DNA from: Chiloscyllium plagiosum
Taxonomy: Eukaryota
Direction of reading: 5' to 3'
Assembly (NCBI RefSeq): GCF_004010195.1
Contig: NC_057759.1
Span: forward strand, 1,409,212-1,473,211
Length of the DNA stretch: 64,000 bases
Below are positions 12,480 to 26,110 of the stretch, in pieces. Position 1 is the stretch's first letter. Each line of letters begins with the position of its first letter. Below the pieces are notes generated by a model. It was not told the DNA's origin and did no database searches. It saw only the letters and a list, made by a program, of their open reading frames with translations. A program made the position numbers and the translations under genes.

Positions 12480-13255
12480 ACATTCGGAAAAATAGAGGCA
12501 TGGACTATTTTCTGAATGGGAAGAAAATTCAGAAATTGAAGTGCAAAGGGTGTTGGGAGTCCTAGTCCAGGTTTCTCTGAAGGTAAACTTGTAGGTTGAG
12601 TTTGTAGTTAGGAAGGTTAATAAAACGTTGTCATTCGCCTCAACAGCACTAGAATATAAAAGCAGGAATGTACTTTGGAGGCTTTATAATGCTCTGGTCA
12701 GAACATATTTAGAGAATTGTGAGCAAATTGAGTCCCATACCTCAGGAAGGATGCATTTACCCTGGAGAAGGTCCAGACGATGTTGACGAGAATGGTGTCA
12801 GGAAAGAAAGACTTAACATATGAGGAAAGTTTGTTGACTCTGAGACTATACTCGACGGAGTTTAGAAGGATGGGGGGGGGGGAGGGGGGAATTATTGAAA
12901 CTTTCAAAATATTGGAAAACGTGGACAGAATGGACATTGGGAAGATGTTTTCAATGACCGGAGAGAATAGGACCCGAAGGAAAAGCCTATTGGTAAAGGG
13001 AAGGCCTTTTAGAACAGAGATAAGAAGAAACTTCTTTAACCAGAGAATGGTGAACCCGTGAATTCATTGCCAAGGAAGGCTTTCGAGGTCATTTTTTGAG
13101 TATATCAAAAACAGAGTTCTTGATTGGGTGGGGATAAAAGGTTACTGAGAGAAAGAGGAAGAATAGGGTTGTAAAACCTAATCAGCCATGATTGAATGAC
13201 AGAGCAAACTCGATGGACCGAATCGCCTTATCTCTGCTCTTACGTTATATGGTCT
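12480..13255 (+). mobile_element. CR1 3' fragment
   Basis: ORF 12780-13061 (..LTYEESL..LYSTEFRRM..FRTEIRRNFFNQRMVN) is the CR1 ORF2 C-terminus. Confidence 0.85.
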
Positions 13256-13929
13256 AAGATCACAAATAAAGACTGGAAATGAAAATGGAATATTTAATGT
13301 GCTTGGATGTGTCTGAATCCCATTCAAAGGCCGATACTGAGTTTACACCATTGCAATTTGTCAAATTTGAAATGTTGTATAATATGCTATTATACATTTG
13401 AGGAACAAACTTGAAGAAGAAAAGCTGATTGCACATTCCCCATGTTACTATGTCTTTAGCCACTTCCCTGAGACATCTAGATTTTTTTTTTAATGTACAC
13501 ATGGCCAGCAATTATTACCCATTCTCAGTTGCCCTTGAGAGGTTGGTTGTGTGCTGCCTTGTTGAATTGCAGTTAAGCTGATATGTACAATGTGAAGCGT
13601 ATTGGAAAATGACATTCTCCAAGCTCCGTCTTGATGTTCAATGTCTATTGAAGATGTTTATTTCGGCGTTAATGGCCAGAATGTGGAGTACTGAAAATAG
13701 AACTGCAGTTGTCTAAAGGAGCTCCGAGGTAGTCGAAGATTCATTCTGTTCTAACTCATGTTAAATATAATCTGAATATATTTTGTTATATATCATCCAT
13801 ATTGATCTTATTTTAATAACAATTTACCTTCAAAACATTTCATCTGAATAAAGTAGCCCCCTTTTACCTTTCAATTCAATGATCAGAACACCAGCTAAAT
13901 TATTCATGTTGCAGGTTTGTCCAAGACAT

Positions 13930-14100
13930 TCGGTTCAGCAGTTTCACCCTTGCCCTTCCCTCCAGCATAAGGTCAGGAGTGGGATGTTTGCTGATGATTG
14001 CACAATGTTCAACACCATTAACCGCTGCTCAGATACTGAGACAGACCATGTTCAAATGCAAAGAGATCTCGACAATATCCAGGCGTAGGCTGACAAGCAG
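13930..14100 (+). mobile_element. LINE RT fragment
   Basis: GMFADDCTMF...MQRDLDNIQA, the RT catalytic motif region. Confidence 0.75.
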
Positions 14101-15249
14101 CATGGCAAGCACTGATCATCCCTCTCCACATATGTTGTGAGATCTGCTAACTTCCTCTAGTATTTTACGTGTGAAAGGACAAAACTTGTAGAATGGAGAT
14201 TAGCAGGCATTTCTTTGGCCGGATGTGCGTTATTCTGTGAAATATTTTTGCTGCAGAGAGCCGTGCGGGTCAGGATGTTGAGTGTCTTTAAGACAGAGCA
14301 AGAAAAGCTCTTGATTGGTGAGGGGATCAAGGGTTACAGGGAGAAGGCAGAAGACTGGAGTTGAGAAACATTTCAACCATGAGCAAGTGGTGGAGCAGGC
14401 CTGATGGGTTGTATGGCCTCATTCTGCTCCGATATATAGTGGCCTGTATCTGCTAGACCAAGGAAGGACCATAAATTTTCATCCCTGAAGAGCATTAATG
14501 AAACAGGTGGGACGATCTCCAGGGCCAATAATTTGAAGAAAATGAAAATGATGAACTCCCTTATGGGACTGCTGAATAAATAAAGTACAAATGGTGGTGC
14601 ATCAGCAACATGTCGCAGGAAATCAGTTTGTCCAATCCCAATGCCATTTGCTTCCATATGATTATTCTCTTCGGCAACTTGTTTATTTCACTGTTGAGAG
14701 CCACAAGTGAATATTATATTTATACGAAAGGACAACATTCCACTTCTTAACCTCTTGCAGAGTGAAAAAAATCTTAGTCACTTCTATCTTCTACACTCAG
14801 TTTGCAATCATAATTCGAGCAATTGCACCAAATGGAAAATATGCACCTTTCTCTACTTTTCTTAGAACAGTTGAGGAATTGAGTAGCTCCGACCAACATC
14901 CTGTCAAAATGGATTTCTGCAAAAAGGCAAATGCCATCACCTCGCATCTCTCCAACTTCAGGAATGTTATTTGTCCTTTGAAGTAGCTTTATGCCTGACT
15001 CTGTCTTGTCAGTGGGACAGAACCTACCAGAGACGATAGCGATGTTACTTGGGACATAGTCCTGTTCTCGTAACAGGACAGGCAATGCTTTATGGACAAT
15101 GTCTGACTGTTGCTTGATTAGCCTGTGAGAAATATATCGGAGGTCACTTTACATTTTGTACAATGGACAGTTAATATCACTTCATTTCTTAGATATTTTA
15201 AAATAAACCAGATATTATTGGTTTTCAGTTGAAAACAATTGAACAAACG

Positions 15250-16020
15250 TCAAAGAACAAAGAAAATAACGGCACAGGAACAATGCCTTCGGCCCTCCAA
15301 ACCTGCGTCAATCCAGATCCTCTATCTAAACCTCCTATTTTCTAAAACCTGTATCCCTTTCTCACTGCCCATTCATGTATCTGTCTGGATAAATCTTTAA
15401 TGACGCTATCGTTCCCACCTCTACCAACTCCACAGGCAACACGTTCCAGGCCCACACCACCTTCTACATAACAAACTTTCCACTCATATCTCCCCTAAAT
15501 ATTTCCCAATCACTTTGAAATTGTGACCCCTAGTAATTGAGTTCTGCACTCTGGGAAAACTTTTCTTGCTATCAACCCTGTCTATACCTCTCATGATTTT
15601 ATACACATCAATCAGGTCCGACCACAATAAGGTCCGCCCTCAACCTCCGTCTTTCTAATGAAAATTCTAATTTATTGAACTTCATAGCGAGCGCCCTCCA
15701 TACCACGCAAGTTCCTGGTGAACCTCAACTGCACCCTTTCCAAAACATCCACATTATTTTGCCAATATGCTGACCAAACTGTATGCAATATTCCAAATGC
15801 AGCCAAACCAAAGTCCTATACAACCGTAACATGATGCCAACCCTTGCACTCAATATCCCGTTCAATGAAGGTAAGCATGCCGTATGCATTTTTGAACACT
15901 TTACTGACTTTCGTTGTCACCTTCATGGAACAAGGAACCTGAACACCCAGATTTTTCTGTACGTCAATTTTCCCCAGGACTTTTCCATTTGCTGTATAGT
16001 TCGCATTTGAATTGGATTTG
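15250..16020 (-). mobile_element. CR1 3' fragment
   Basis: Antisense CR1 3' end with aaagaacaaagaa tail. Confidence 0.8.
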
Positions 16021-16171
16021 ACTGTACAGTTCTCTCTTGAAACGTCTTTTATTGTGCAGTTCGCTCTTGAATCGGATTCTCTCTTGAAATAAATAATAAT
16101 TAAATTACCAGAGCAAGCAACTAACTCTTAAACAATTCAGTGACTGCAGTAAACAGCTGATTAATTTTCAG

Positions 16172-16660
16172 ATCAGTGAACACACCATCTTGGTATCAGT
16201 AAAGCTGTTGAAAATGACTTTGCAAAAAAAAACTGAATTTAGATATAGTGCTACTGGGTCTCACAACCACCTCGAAAACACTGCCCATCTCCAAAATCTG
16301 CGCAGAGACTTTCCAAACTGGAGCTGGACAGGTATTCACACAATTCTTTACAACAGATCAGTTAGAGATATATATGTACAGCAGCAAAATGCGTGGTCAA
16401 AAGACTAGCATGGGGCTTCGTGCTGGTCCAAACACAGTTCAACATTTGAAAAACTCAAGTGACAGCAAGCATGTCTTGTAAGTTTATCTCTTTTCGTGTG
16501 CCACCGAAATCCAATAATTCTGCAGCTTGGACCCAATCCTGAATGAAGCTGTTATAAAAGTGATGGATTCCTGCAGCACATGGCGTTTTACATTGAATCC
16601 CTCATAAAACATATCCAGTCTACGTCAGTTCCACAACGTCAGTATCCAAATAGAATTGTC
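16172..16660 (+). pseudogene. Possible degenerate TIR-domain exon
   Basis: ttaattttcag acceptor. Fragments across frames: AVENDFA, YWVSQ, LENTAHL, KICAE, RDF/FQTG, KCVV, SCWSKH, PIILQL, LQHMAFY, in TIR order. Needs several frameshifts. Confidence 0.3.
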
Positions 16661-17269
16661 CAGCCAAATTGCATGATCCCAGCCCAACATCTTTGTGTTA
16701 CTTGAGTTGGAAATGTCTGTGTAAATATTTGCAGCATTGTTCTAACTATTAACAACAAAGTCTATTTGCTGAAGGTTCGACATCATTTGATAATACCCAC
16801 TTTTCGGTTGTCAAATAAGCACAACATTCACTTATTTATTCAGTTCTATGACAACAATATGATGAAAACAGTGAACAACTCACAATAAGGGGCTTTGTAT
16901 AGATGAGTCTCGTTACCACACTTTGAAATTATAGTTCTTTTCTCCCTTGTACAAATACTGTGTGCTGATATTCGCACACAATCATTTTCATGGCAACAAT
17001 ATTACTGGCTGTCTAAACATTCTCCAGTCACGTATGAGTACATTTTCAATTGCTTCTGTCCATCTCATAGGTCAGTGGCATGTGAATGTCAGTGTCTGTG
17101 CGATGCTAGGTATGTAGGCCAGGTCTCTGAAATACTGACAGATTGTTTGAAACATCACGTTCCCTCATCTGTTCACAGCAAAAAAGGTACAGACTGAACC
17201 TAACCAGCCTACCCTCACAAAACCCAAAACTCAATGTGCAACATTCCTCGTGTTTGGACAATACTTTTC

Positions 17270-19560
17270 ATTGTAATTTATTCATGGAATTTTATTGGGC
17301 CACTATTTATTGCCCATCCCTTGTTGCCTTTGAGAAGGTGGTGGTGAGCTGCCATATTGAAGCACTGCCGTCCGTGTGCTGTAGGTAAACTTACAATGAC
17401 ATTGGCGAGGGAACTTGAAACAGTGAAATTGAATTAAAAAAAATACACTTCCAAATCAGGGTAGTGGTTGGCTTGGAACATAAGTTCAGCATGCATCTGC
17501 TGCCATTGGCCGTCTTGATGGTTGCCATTTCAGAGGAACATTGTAAGGAGCCTTGGCAAATTTCTGCAGAGCACTGTGTAGATAGCAGTCATTGCTGCTA
17601 CTGTGTTTCAGTGGATAAGGAGTAAAGCTGCACTCAACAAGGTAAATGGGGAGTATTTCATCACACACACACATTCAACGTGTGTCTTCTAGGTGGTGGG
17701 CAGGCTTTCGGAAATAATGAGATGAGTTATTATTCCTAGCCCCTGACATCTTCTTGTAGCCAATGAATTTATAAGTGTCGAAAGGTGTAGCGCTGTTATA
17801 GCACAACAGGCCATGCCGTATCTGAGGCACAGAAGAGTCGACACTTTTTCATAAGCCCTTCACAGGAATGGGTAATGAGTTCATGTGACTATTCCAGTTC
17901 TGGTGAATGGTTAGCCCCGAGATGGTGGCATCTGGGAGTTCGTTGGTGGTGATGGAATTGACTGTTAGTGATGTGGTTCAATTCTGTATTGTTAGATGTG
18001 ATCGTTGTCTGGCACATGTGCAATTCAAATGTTACTTGTTGCTTAAGCATATGCCTGAATAGTTTGCTTATCTAACTAATCATAATGGTATTGAACATTG
18101 TCCAATCATTGACAAACACCCGCACTTGTGATGTTACGGTGGATGGATGGTAAACTATGAAGCAGCTGAAGACTGTTGGGCCTCGGACAGAGAACACTCT
18201 TGCAACCTACTTCTAGTGTCTCTCACTCTGAGCTATGAAGCTTACTTCATGTTCGTTCTTCTCCAGAGTTGTGTAACAATATATCAGAACAGATGAATAT
18301 AAAAAACACCTGATCTATGGAGCTGAGCAAGGGCATGGTTAGCCTAAGCAGTTGGATGGCTAGTTGAAGCCATTCAATTGCTGATGAAGGAATAGCGCTT
18401 CGCCAGCTTGTTCCTCCGAATTAGCCTGTTGGACTATGACCTGGTGTAGTGTGATTTTTTTTTAACTTTGTCCACTCCAGTCCAATGCCGGCTCCTTCAA
18501 ACCATGAATCAAATAAGCCGAAGCCTGCCATCTGAGGGAGAGTAAAGTAAATCCATACTTCTGTCTGAAAGTTCTTCTGAATGTTTCAGTTTTATCTTTT
18601 CTATTGTTGTATTGAGCTCTTGCATTATTGAGGAAGGAGATATTTGTGGACGTTCCTCCTCCAATAAGTTGTTCGATGACCCAGCATCACTCACGCTGAC
18701 TGGATGTGACAGGATTTCACAGGTTATGTCTCATTAGTTGGTTATGGTTTCACTTAGATCTGTGAATCACTTGCTGTTATGCTATTTGGTGAATAAGTGG
18801 CCCTGTTTGGGAACTTCACCTCAGTTTTAAATGTACCTGGTTTTGCTGTTGGCAAGCACCCCTGCATTATTCATTGAACAAGGGCTTAACCCCTGGTTTG
18901 ATGGACAGGGTAAAATGGAGCATATGTCAAGCAGTGACAGTCAAAATTGGAGTACAATTCTGCTGCTATTGGTAATGTACCGAATCACTTCACATACCCC
19001 AGTGCTAGGCTACTAGATCTATTCTAAATCTGTCCTGTTTGGCACAGTTGTAGTTTTTTCCAAGAGGGTATTCACAATGTAAAAGTCGGTCGTTGTCTTC
19101 AGAAATACTGTATGCAGTAGTCACTGTTACGTATATGGTGTGAATGAGGTCCAATATGTTTCTTTCTCTTAGTCGATCCTCCCCACCCGCCGCATACACA
19201 GTCTAGCAGCTATATCCTTTTGGACCCAAACATTTCGATCAGTAACGTTGCTGCCTAACATTCATGGTGGTTTTGAAATGGCCCACCCAGTATACATGCT
19301 GCAACTTTGCCACTCTCTCAGTCCTTCCTCCAAGTATTGTTCAATGTGCAGAACACTGATCGATTAGCTGAAGGAAGGGAGTCAGCAGGAGGTTTCCGTG
19401 TCAGTGTAAGGCCAGACACCATGAGGCTTTGTTATATCACATTGTTACTTGCGCTATCTATAGGATAACTCTCCCAATTCTGGTGCTAGCTCCCGGACGT
19501 TAGGAAGGAGGGATTTGCAGTGTCAATAGAGCATTTTATTTTTGTCACTTTCAATTATGC
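17270..19560 (-). mobile_element. Highly decayed CR1/L2-group LINE with inserted Penelope end fragments
   Basis: 3' end at about 17300 and endonuclease-region similarity near 19000-19500 to 57164-57583; pLTR-like pieces at about 17780-17870 and 18380-18510. Confidence 0.55.
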
Positions 19561-19599
19561 TGTATGATTCTGATCATTTGATTCTTGTGATTGGACTCT

Positions 19600-22460
19600 C
19601 TTAAGTCTCGCTCCTGCAGTTCCTCTCAGTGCCTTGTCTATTCCACGGATTTCTCCATTTGTTTTCTCAAATAAATCATTGTACAATTCTGTTTTTAAAC
19701 TACCCACCTGTCTCTCTGTAAATTTTCCTGTCACCTCCTCCAGACGCTACATCGGTCTCTGTCTCAGTAACCCATCTTAACTCAATAACCTTCATCAACT
19801 GGCCTCCGACTGTAAATTCCTTCAGAATATTTACTACCTTTATTTCTCTAACCTCCTCCAAACTCTACACCCCTTCCTTATTATTCTAACCACCAGCAAA
19901 CCCAACATCTCTCTTTATCTCTCTAACCACCCCCAGGCCTTTCCCCTCCTGATCTCTCTAACCTCCTCCAGCATTTACAGATCTCCCTTTACCTGTAACT
20001 TCCTCCAACTCGTACACCATTCCCTATCTTTGGAACTTACTCCAGACAGTGCAAACCCTACACATCTCTCTAACGTGCTCTTGAATACACAACCCACCCT
20101 ATCATGATATCTTCGTCCAGCATCTACATATGACCCCACTTCTGTAAATTACCCCAGCCCCTGCACGATTTCCTATCTCTGTAAATTAGTCCAACCCCTG
20201 CACCAAAGCTATCTCTGTAAAGTATTCCAACCCCTAAATCCCTAATCTGCTCTGAAGGTACCATCCATCCTAATGCTCTAATGTCCTCCAGCATCCACAC
20301 TTCTCCCTGTCTTGGGAATATCCTTCAGCATCGACATCCCCGCCAATCCCTGCAATTTGTTTAGCACCTCCACACCTCCCAATCTGTATAATCTCCACCA
20401 TCCAGTCGACCTCTCCCGGCCTTTGTAAACCTAATCGAACCCTAACGTTCCTCCTGATCTCTGTAGCTCCCTCCAGCCTCCATTTCCCTCCCTATATCTC
20501 TGGTGTCTTCCAGCACCTATACCCATTCCTATGTTTATAACCTCTACCAACATTTAAATTTTTCTCCATCGCAGTAAGCGCACCCAGCCCTTCCCAGTTA
20601 TCTCTATGATCACCTCCAGCCACTATACCTTTCCATATCTGTGCAAACTTCTCCAGCCGGTCAATCCAGAAACCTCTGTAAACCTTGTTGATCTTCTATG
20701 TTATTCCTGGCGTAAATAACCTCCTCAAGCCTCTACATTCCTCCCTATATCTCTGGCAACCTTCAGCATCTACACCCTTTCTTATATGTGTAACCTCCGC
20801 CAACACTTGCATCTTTCCCCATCGCTGTAATCACAGCCAGCTGTATGACTCTCCCTGTCTCTGTGACCTCCTTCGGCTTCTGCACTCCACCCTACCTCTG
20901 TAGTCTCCTCCACCTATTACATTCCTCCCTATCTCTGTGACGTCCTCCTCCTACTGCACCTGAAGCAGCTATACCAGCCTTTTTTTTATCGGTGTGAACT
21001 TCTCGAATACCCACAGTCCGTCTGATCTCTGTAATCTCCCCCAGCCAATGCTCCCCTCCATATCTGTCTCCTCTTCCATCATCTCCAAACTTTGGTGTCC
21101 CAGTAGCCACCTACAGATACTACTCCCATCGTCATCTCTGTAATCTCCTTCAGCATCTGCAATACTCTCTATTCCTGAAACCTCATCCACCTCCATCCAC
21201 CCTACACAACATTGCAGCATCCTCCAGCCAGACATCATTTATTATCTCAGTAATGCCTCCCAAACCTAGACACCTCCTTATTTTTGTAATCTCCATCACC
21301 TATTACTGCCCTTCATTTCACTGTAACCATATACATCCCACACTACCTCCGTAACGTCCAACACCTGCACTCCTCCTAATCACGTTGAACTCCAACAGTC
21401 CTTACATATTTATTGATCTCAGTACCCTCATGCAGCCCCCTATAAACCCGGCTTTCTCTGTACTCTTCTCAAACAGGTACATCCCTCCATATTTCCATAA
21501 GTTTCTCTGGCATCCACATACATCCCCATTTCTACACTCCTTCCTGTTTCTGTAACCTCCACCAGCCCTGACATCCCTCCCTATCTCTGGAACTTGCTCC
21601 TGCCCCAACAAACTTCTCACTGGAACCTCCACCAGCTATTCCGTTTTCCCTATCACTGTGACCTCCTGCTGTATGTATCGTTTTATATCTTTGCGATCTC
21701 CTCCAGCTCCTACACTGTTCCTTACCTCTGTAAGGAGGAGTCAGCCCTCACATTCTGTGTAACCTTCTTCAGTGGAACCTTCCTATCTCTGAAGCATCGG
21801 CTAGCCCCTTCACCTCTACTTATTACTGCAATACTCATTAATCATGCCAGCAAACCCTAATGTTATAACCTCAACTAGCAATTACATCATTTCGTATTTC
21901 TCAAAACCCCACCAGCCCCAACTCCCTTCCTTTTCTCTGTACCTTCCACCAGCTCCTTAGTCCACTCCTTCTTATCACTGTAACGTCCTCTACCACCTAC
22001 GCCTATTCTATCTCTGCAGACTCCTCCTGCATTTCCACTCATCAATTTCTTGTGGACTCCACCAGCACTTAAACGCCTTCCAATCCCTGGAAGCAACTCC
22101 AGCACCTACGCCCTTCCCTATCGCTATAAACTTCTCAAGCCACTACATCCCTTCCCACCTTGGTAAACCCCTTCCCTCCTATCGCTGTACCGTTGGCCAG
22201 CTCCTACACCACCCCATATTTCTGTCACGTTCTCCAGTCGCAAAATACCATCGTATTTCTACATCCTTCTCTAGCACTGACAACTCTCAGAATTTCTATC
22301 GTCATCTCCAGCGTATTTCCATTCCTATCACTGTAACCTCTTCTAGCATTTCTTCACTCCAATCCATGTACTCTCCTCCAGCACCTGCACTACATGTCAT
22401 CTTTGTATTCTCTACCAACACTGACACATCACCCTCTTGCTAAAACCTCCTCCAGCTATA
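19600..22460 (+). repeat. Degenerate ~37-bp pyrimidine-rich minisatellite (~2.9 kb)
   Basis: Approximate consensus CCCTATCTCTGTAACCTCCTCCAGCCCCTACA(A)CCCT; e.g. tctgtaac at 21549 and tctggaac at 21586 (37 bp apart). Confidence 0.85.
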
Positions 22461-22489
22461 TATCTCACCATCCCAAAATATGTCCCCTT

Positions 22490-25400
22490 AAATCAGCAGT
22501 CTCCATTGCAGCTCTGGGAGTCCAGTGAGGCCGAACAGAGTGCAGCCAGGATAATAAATGAAAACAAAAAATACTTAATTCGTGGAAGTGAAGTGAAGGC
22601 TGAACTGCAATAGAAGCAGACGCTGGGGCTGTTGGGTAAGTGAACGAAAATATTGGGGCAGTGGCTAAACACAAAACACTGCACATGCACTTTCTCTAAT
22701 ACGTCCTACTCATCTAGCAAAAAAAAACACTCCGTTTGAAGGGTTGGTAAGGTAAGGATTTCTTTTAAATCTATTTTCGCAATTTAGAGCAGAGCGAATG
22801 GAGGCTAGAGAAGTAGCATGCTCTTCTTGCAATATGTGGGAGATAACGGTCATCACTGGTGTCACTGCTGACTTCACCTGTGAGAAGTGCACCCAACCCC
22901 AGCTGCTCACAGACCGTGTTAGGGAACGGGATTGGAGCTGGAGCTAGATGAACTTCAGATCATTCTGGAGGGTGATAGAGATGAGTTAGAGTGAGGTAGT
23001 TACGCCAAAGTTACAGAACAAAGGTAGCTGGACGACCATCAGGAGTGGGGAAGGCAATACGCAGATGGTGCAGGGACCCGCTGTGGCTGTCCCCTTCAAT
23101 AACAAGTATAACGCTTTGGATATTATTGGGAGTTAGACCTATCGGAGAAAGCCACATTGAGCACGTCTCTGGCACTGAGCCTGTCTGTATGGCTAAGTAG
23201 AGAGGGGTGGGGAATAAGAGAGCAATAAGAGATTCAATGGTGAGAAGAACAGATAGGAGTTTCTGTTGTCGCGAGCAAGACTCTGGATGGTATGTTGCCT
23301 CCCAGATGCCAGGGTCAGGAATATCTCAGATTGAGTTGAAAGGGTGAACAGCCAGAAGTCGTGGTACATATCAGGCCAGTGATATTGCAAGGACATGGGT
23401 TGAGGACATTAAAGTTGAATATTGGGTGTTAGTTTTGAAGCTGAAAGGCAGTTTGAGCAGAGTAGTAATCTCAGGACTGCTTCGGGTGCCACGGGTTAGT
23501 GAGACGAACAACAGGCAGCGATTGCAGCTGAACACGTGGCTGCAAGTCTGGTGCAGGAGGAAGGGATTCTGATATGTACATCACTGGGATACATTTTGGG
23601 GAAGGTGTGACCTGTACAAACAGGACGGATTGTACCTGAACTTGAGGGGCATTAATGTCCGGGGCGGGTGGTGTACTAGAGGTTTTCGGGAAAGTTTAAA
23701 TTAGGCAGGGGTGGGAAACAGAACAACGGATCAGAGGGTAGAGTAGCTGGTGAACAGGCAGATAAAGCGTGCAGAGAATCTGTGAGCAAGGGTAGATAGT
23801 TGATCGGGCAAAGTTGCAGTTGGTTTGAATTCTGGCTATTTTAATGCAAGGAATGTCAGGAATAACAGTGGCGAACTCAGAGCATGGATCAATGTTTGGA
23901 GATACAATGTTGCAGCTATTATAGAGACTTGCATTTCATAGTGGCAGCAATGGATGTTAGATGTTTCGTTGTTTAGAAGTTTCAGCAGGAATAGGGAGGA
24001 AGGTAAAAGAGGTGGGGGAATGGCACTGCCAATCAGCGATAGCATCCCACCTGCAGAAATGTAGATTGACGAAAAGGGTTTGTCAACAGAGTCAGTATGG
24101 GTAGAAGTCAGAAACAGGCAAGGAGAAGTCACTCTATTAGGAGATTTCTGTAGACCCCCAATGGCAACAAAGAAACGTGGTATGAAATTGGAAGGCAGTT
24201 TTTGGAAATGTGCAGAAATAAGACGGTTGTTGTCATGGAAGACTTCAACTACACAAATATTGATTCGAACCTCCTTAGTGCAACTAGCTTGGATGGAGCA
24301 GATTTTATCAAGTGTGTCCAGGAAATATTCCAGGTAAATATGTAGATAGGTCGACTAAGGTCGGCTATGTTGGATTTGTTGCTTGGCAATAAACCAGGTC
24401 AGGTGTCAGACCTCTCCCTTGGAAAGCATTTCGATGACAGTGAACCGAACTCACTGCACTTTACTGTCGTCATGGAGAGGCATAGGAACAGACGGTATGG
24501 GAAAGTATTTATTGGTGGGAGAAGTGGGAATTACAATGCTATTAGGCAGGAACTGGGACGCCTAAATTAGGAACAGATGTTCTCAGGGAAATGCATGACA
24601 TATATTTGAAGGGGTTTTTTTTGGTGCGAGTGCAGGTTTGTGCCACTGAGGCAAGCAAGCGATGGTAGTGTGAAATAACCTTGAAAGATAAGAGATGTGG
24701 AACATTTAGTCAAGAGGACGAAGGAAGCTCAAATAAGTTTGTGGAAGCAAGGATTTATAGGCCTCAAGAGCGTTACAAGGTAGTCTGGTAGGAGCTGGAG
24801 AATAGACTTGGGAGAGCTGGAAGGGGCATGCGAAAGCCTTGGTAAGTAGGATTAAGGAAAAGCCCAAGACGATCTACACTTATGTGAGGAAAAAGACCAT
24901 GACCATACTGAGGGTATGAACGATTAGAAATAGTGAGGGGAACTTATACCTGGAGACAGAGGAGGTAGAAGAGGTCCTTAATGAATACTTTGTTTCATTG
25001 TTCACTAGTGAGAGGGACCGTTCTGTTTGTGAAGACAGAGTGAAACAGGATGACATACTCTATCAGGTGGGTATTAAGAAGGAGGTTGCGCTGGAAATTT
25101 TGAAATACATTCGGATAGATAAGTCCCCTGTGCTGGATAGCATATATCCAAGGTCACTACGGGAAGCGGGACGAAAGGTTGCTCTGCCATTGGCGATGAT
25201 CTTCTCGTCCTCTCTGTCCACTGGAATAATAAGGCGCCAGGAAGATGACGAATGCTATCCCTTGTTCAAGAAAGGGAATAGGATAACGCTGGGAATTACA
25301 GGCCAGTCAGCGATGAGCAAATTATTTGAGAGGATTCTGAGAGACAGGAATTATGGTTATTTGGAAAAGCAGTTTGATTAGATAGAATGAGCATGGATTT

Positions 25401-25697
25401 GTGAGGAGCAAGTCATGCCTCACAAACCTTATTGAATTCTTTTTGGATGTAAAAAGAAATGTTCATAAATGAAAAACAGTGGACATGGTGTAAATGGATT
25501 TTAGTAAGGCTTTTGATAAGGTTCCCCATAGTAGCCTCATTCAGAAAGCAAGAACACATGCCATGTAATGAAATTTTGCTAGCTAGATACCGAACGGGTT
25601 GGCTAATAGAAGACAGAGGATGGTGGTAGTTGGAAAGTATTCAGTCTGTAGCTCCGTGACCAGTGGTGATTCTTGGGGATCTGTGCTAGGACCTCTA
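22490..25697 (+). mobile_element. CR1 LINE: 5' UTR, ORF1 (zinc finger plus esterase-like) and ORF2 (APE plus RT), 3'-truncated and mutated
   Basis: ORF1 VACSSCNMWE...DFTCEKCTQ and CLPDARV; ORF2 STESVWVEVRN, EDFNY, LDLLLGN, DKSP..DSIYPR, DFSKAFDKVPH, GSVLGPL. Confidence 0.92.
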
Positions 25698-25999
25698 TAG
25701 ATATGACAGACAGCTGTGAGGGCCACTGTTCCTGAATTCAGGTCTTTTGGAATCCAATATTAATGTAGGTCGTGATGGTAAGTGATAGTTTCGCTATCCA
25801 AACAATGATGAGATATCTGATCTATTTTGTGAGTTGGGGAATAATAAAATGTGAAGTCTGGCTATTTCACGGAACTACACTTGCAATATCTCTCAGACCA
25901 ACTACGCTGTTACTATATTAATGGAAGTTAAGTGTAAAGTCATGACAACCTTTTATGGTACAAAAATCAGGAACATATTTTTTATTTTATACTGAACAG

Positions 26000-26110
26000 A
26001 GAATACGTTGTCTGATTGTTGTGGTCATTACAATTACATATTCAATATCAGTACTAAAATTGTCACTCTAACATTTCAAATGTTGGCCTCTGAACCATTA
26101 CAATTTCATG
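26000..26110 (+). other. Orphan candidate exon (open, phase 1-1)
   Basis: tttattttatactgaacag acceptor, G|gtgagt donor, 111 bp: (E)NTLSDCCGHYNYIFNISTKIVTLTFQMLASEPLQFH(G). Confidence 0.3.

Noticed and set aside
16248..16481. GIMAP or NACHT P-loop (DIVLLGLTTTSKT)
   Set aside because: No GxxxxGK[ST] and no downstream NTPase motifs.
20685..22105. ORFs inside the 37-bp array
   Set aside because: Low-complexity by-products of the tandem repeat.
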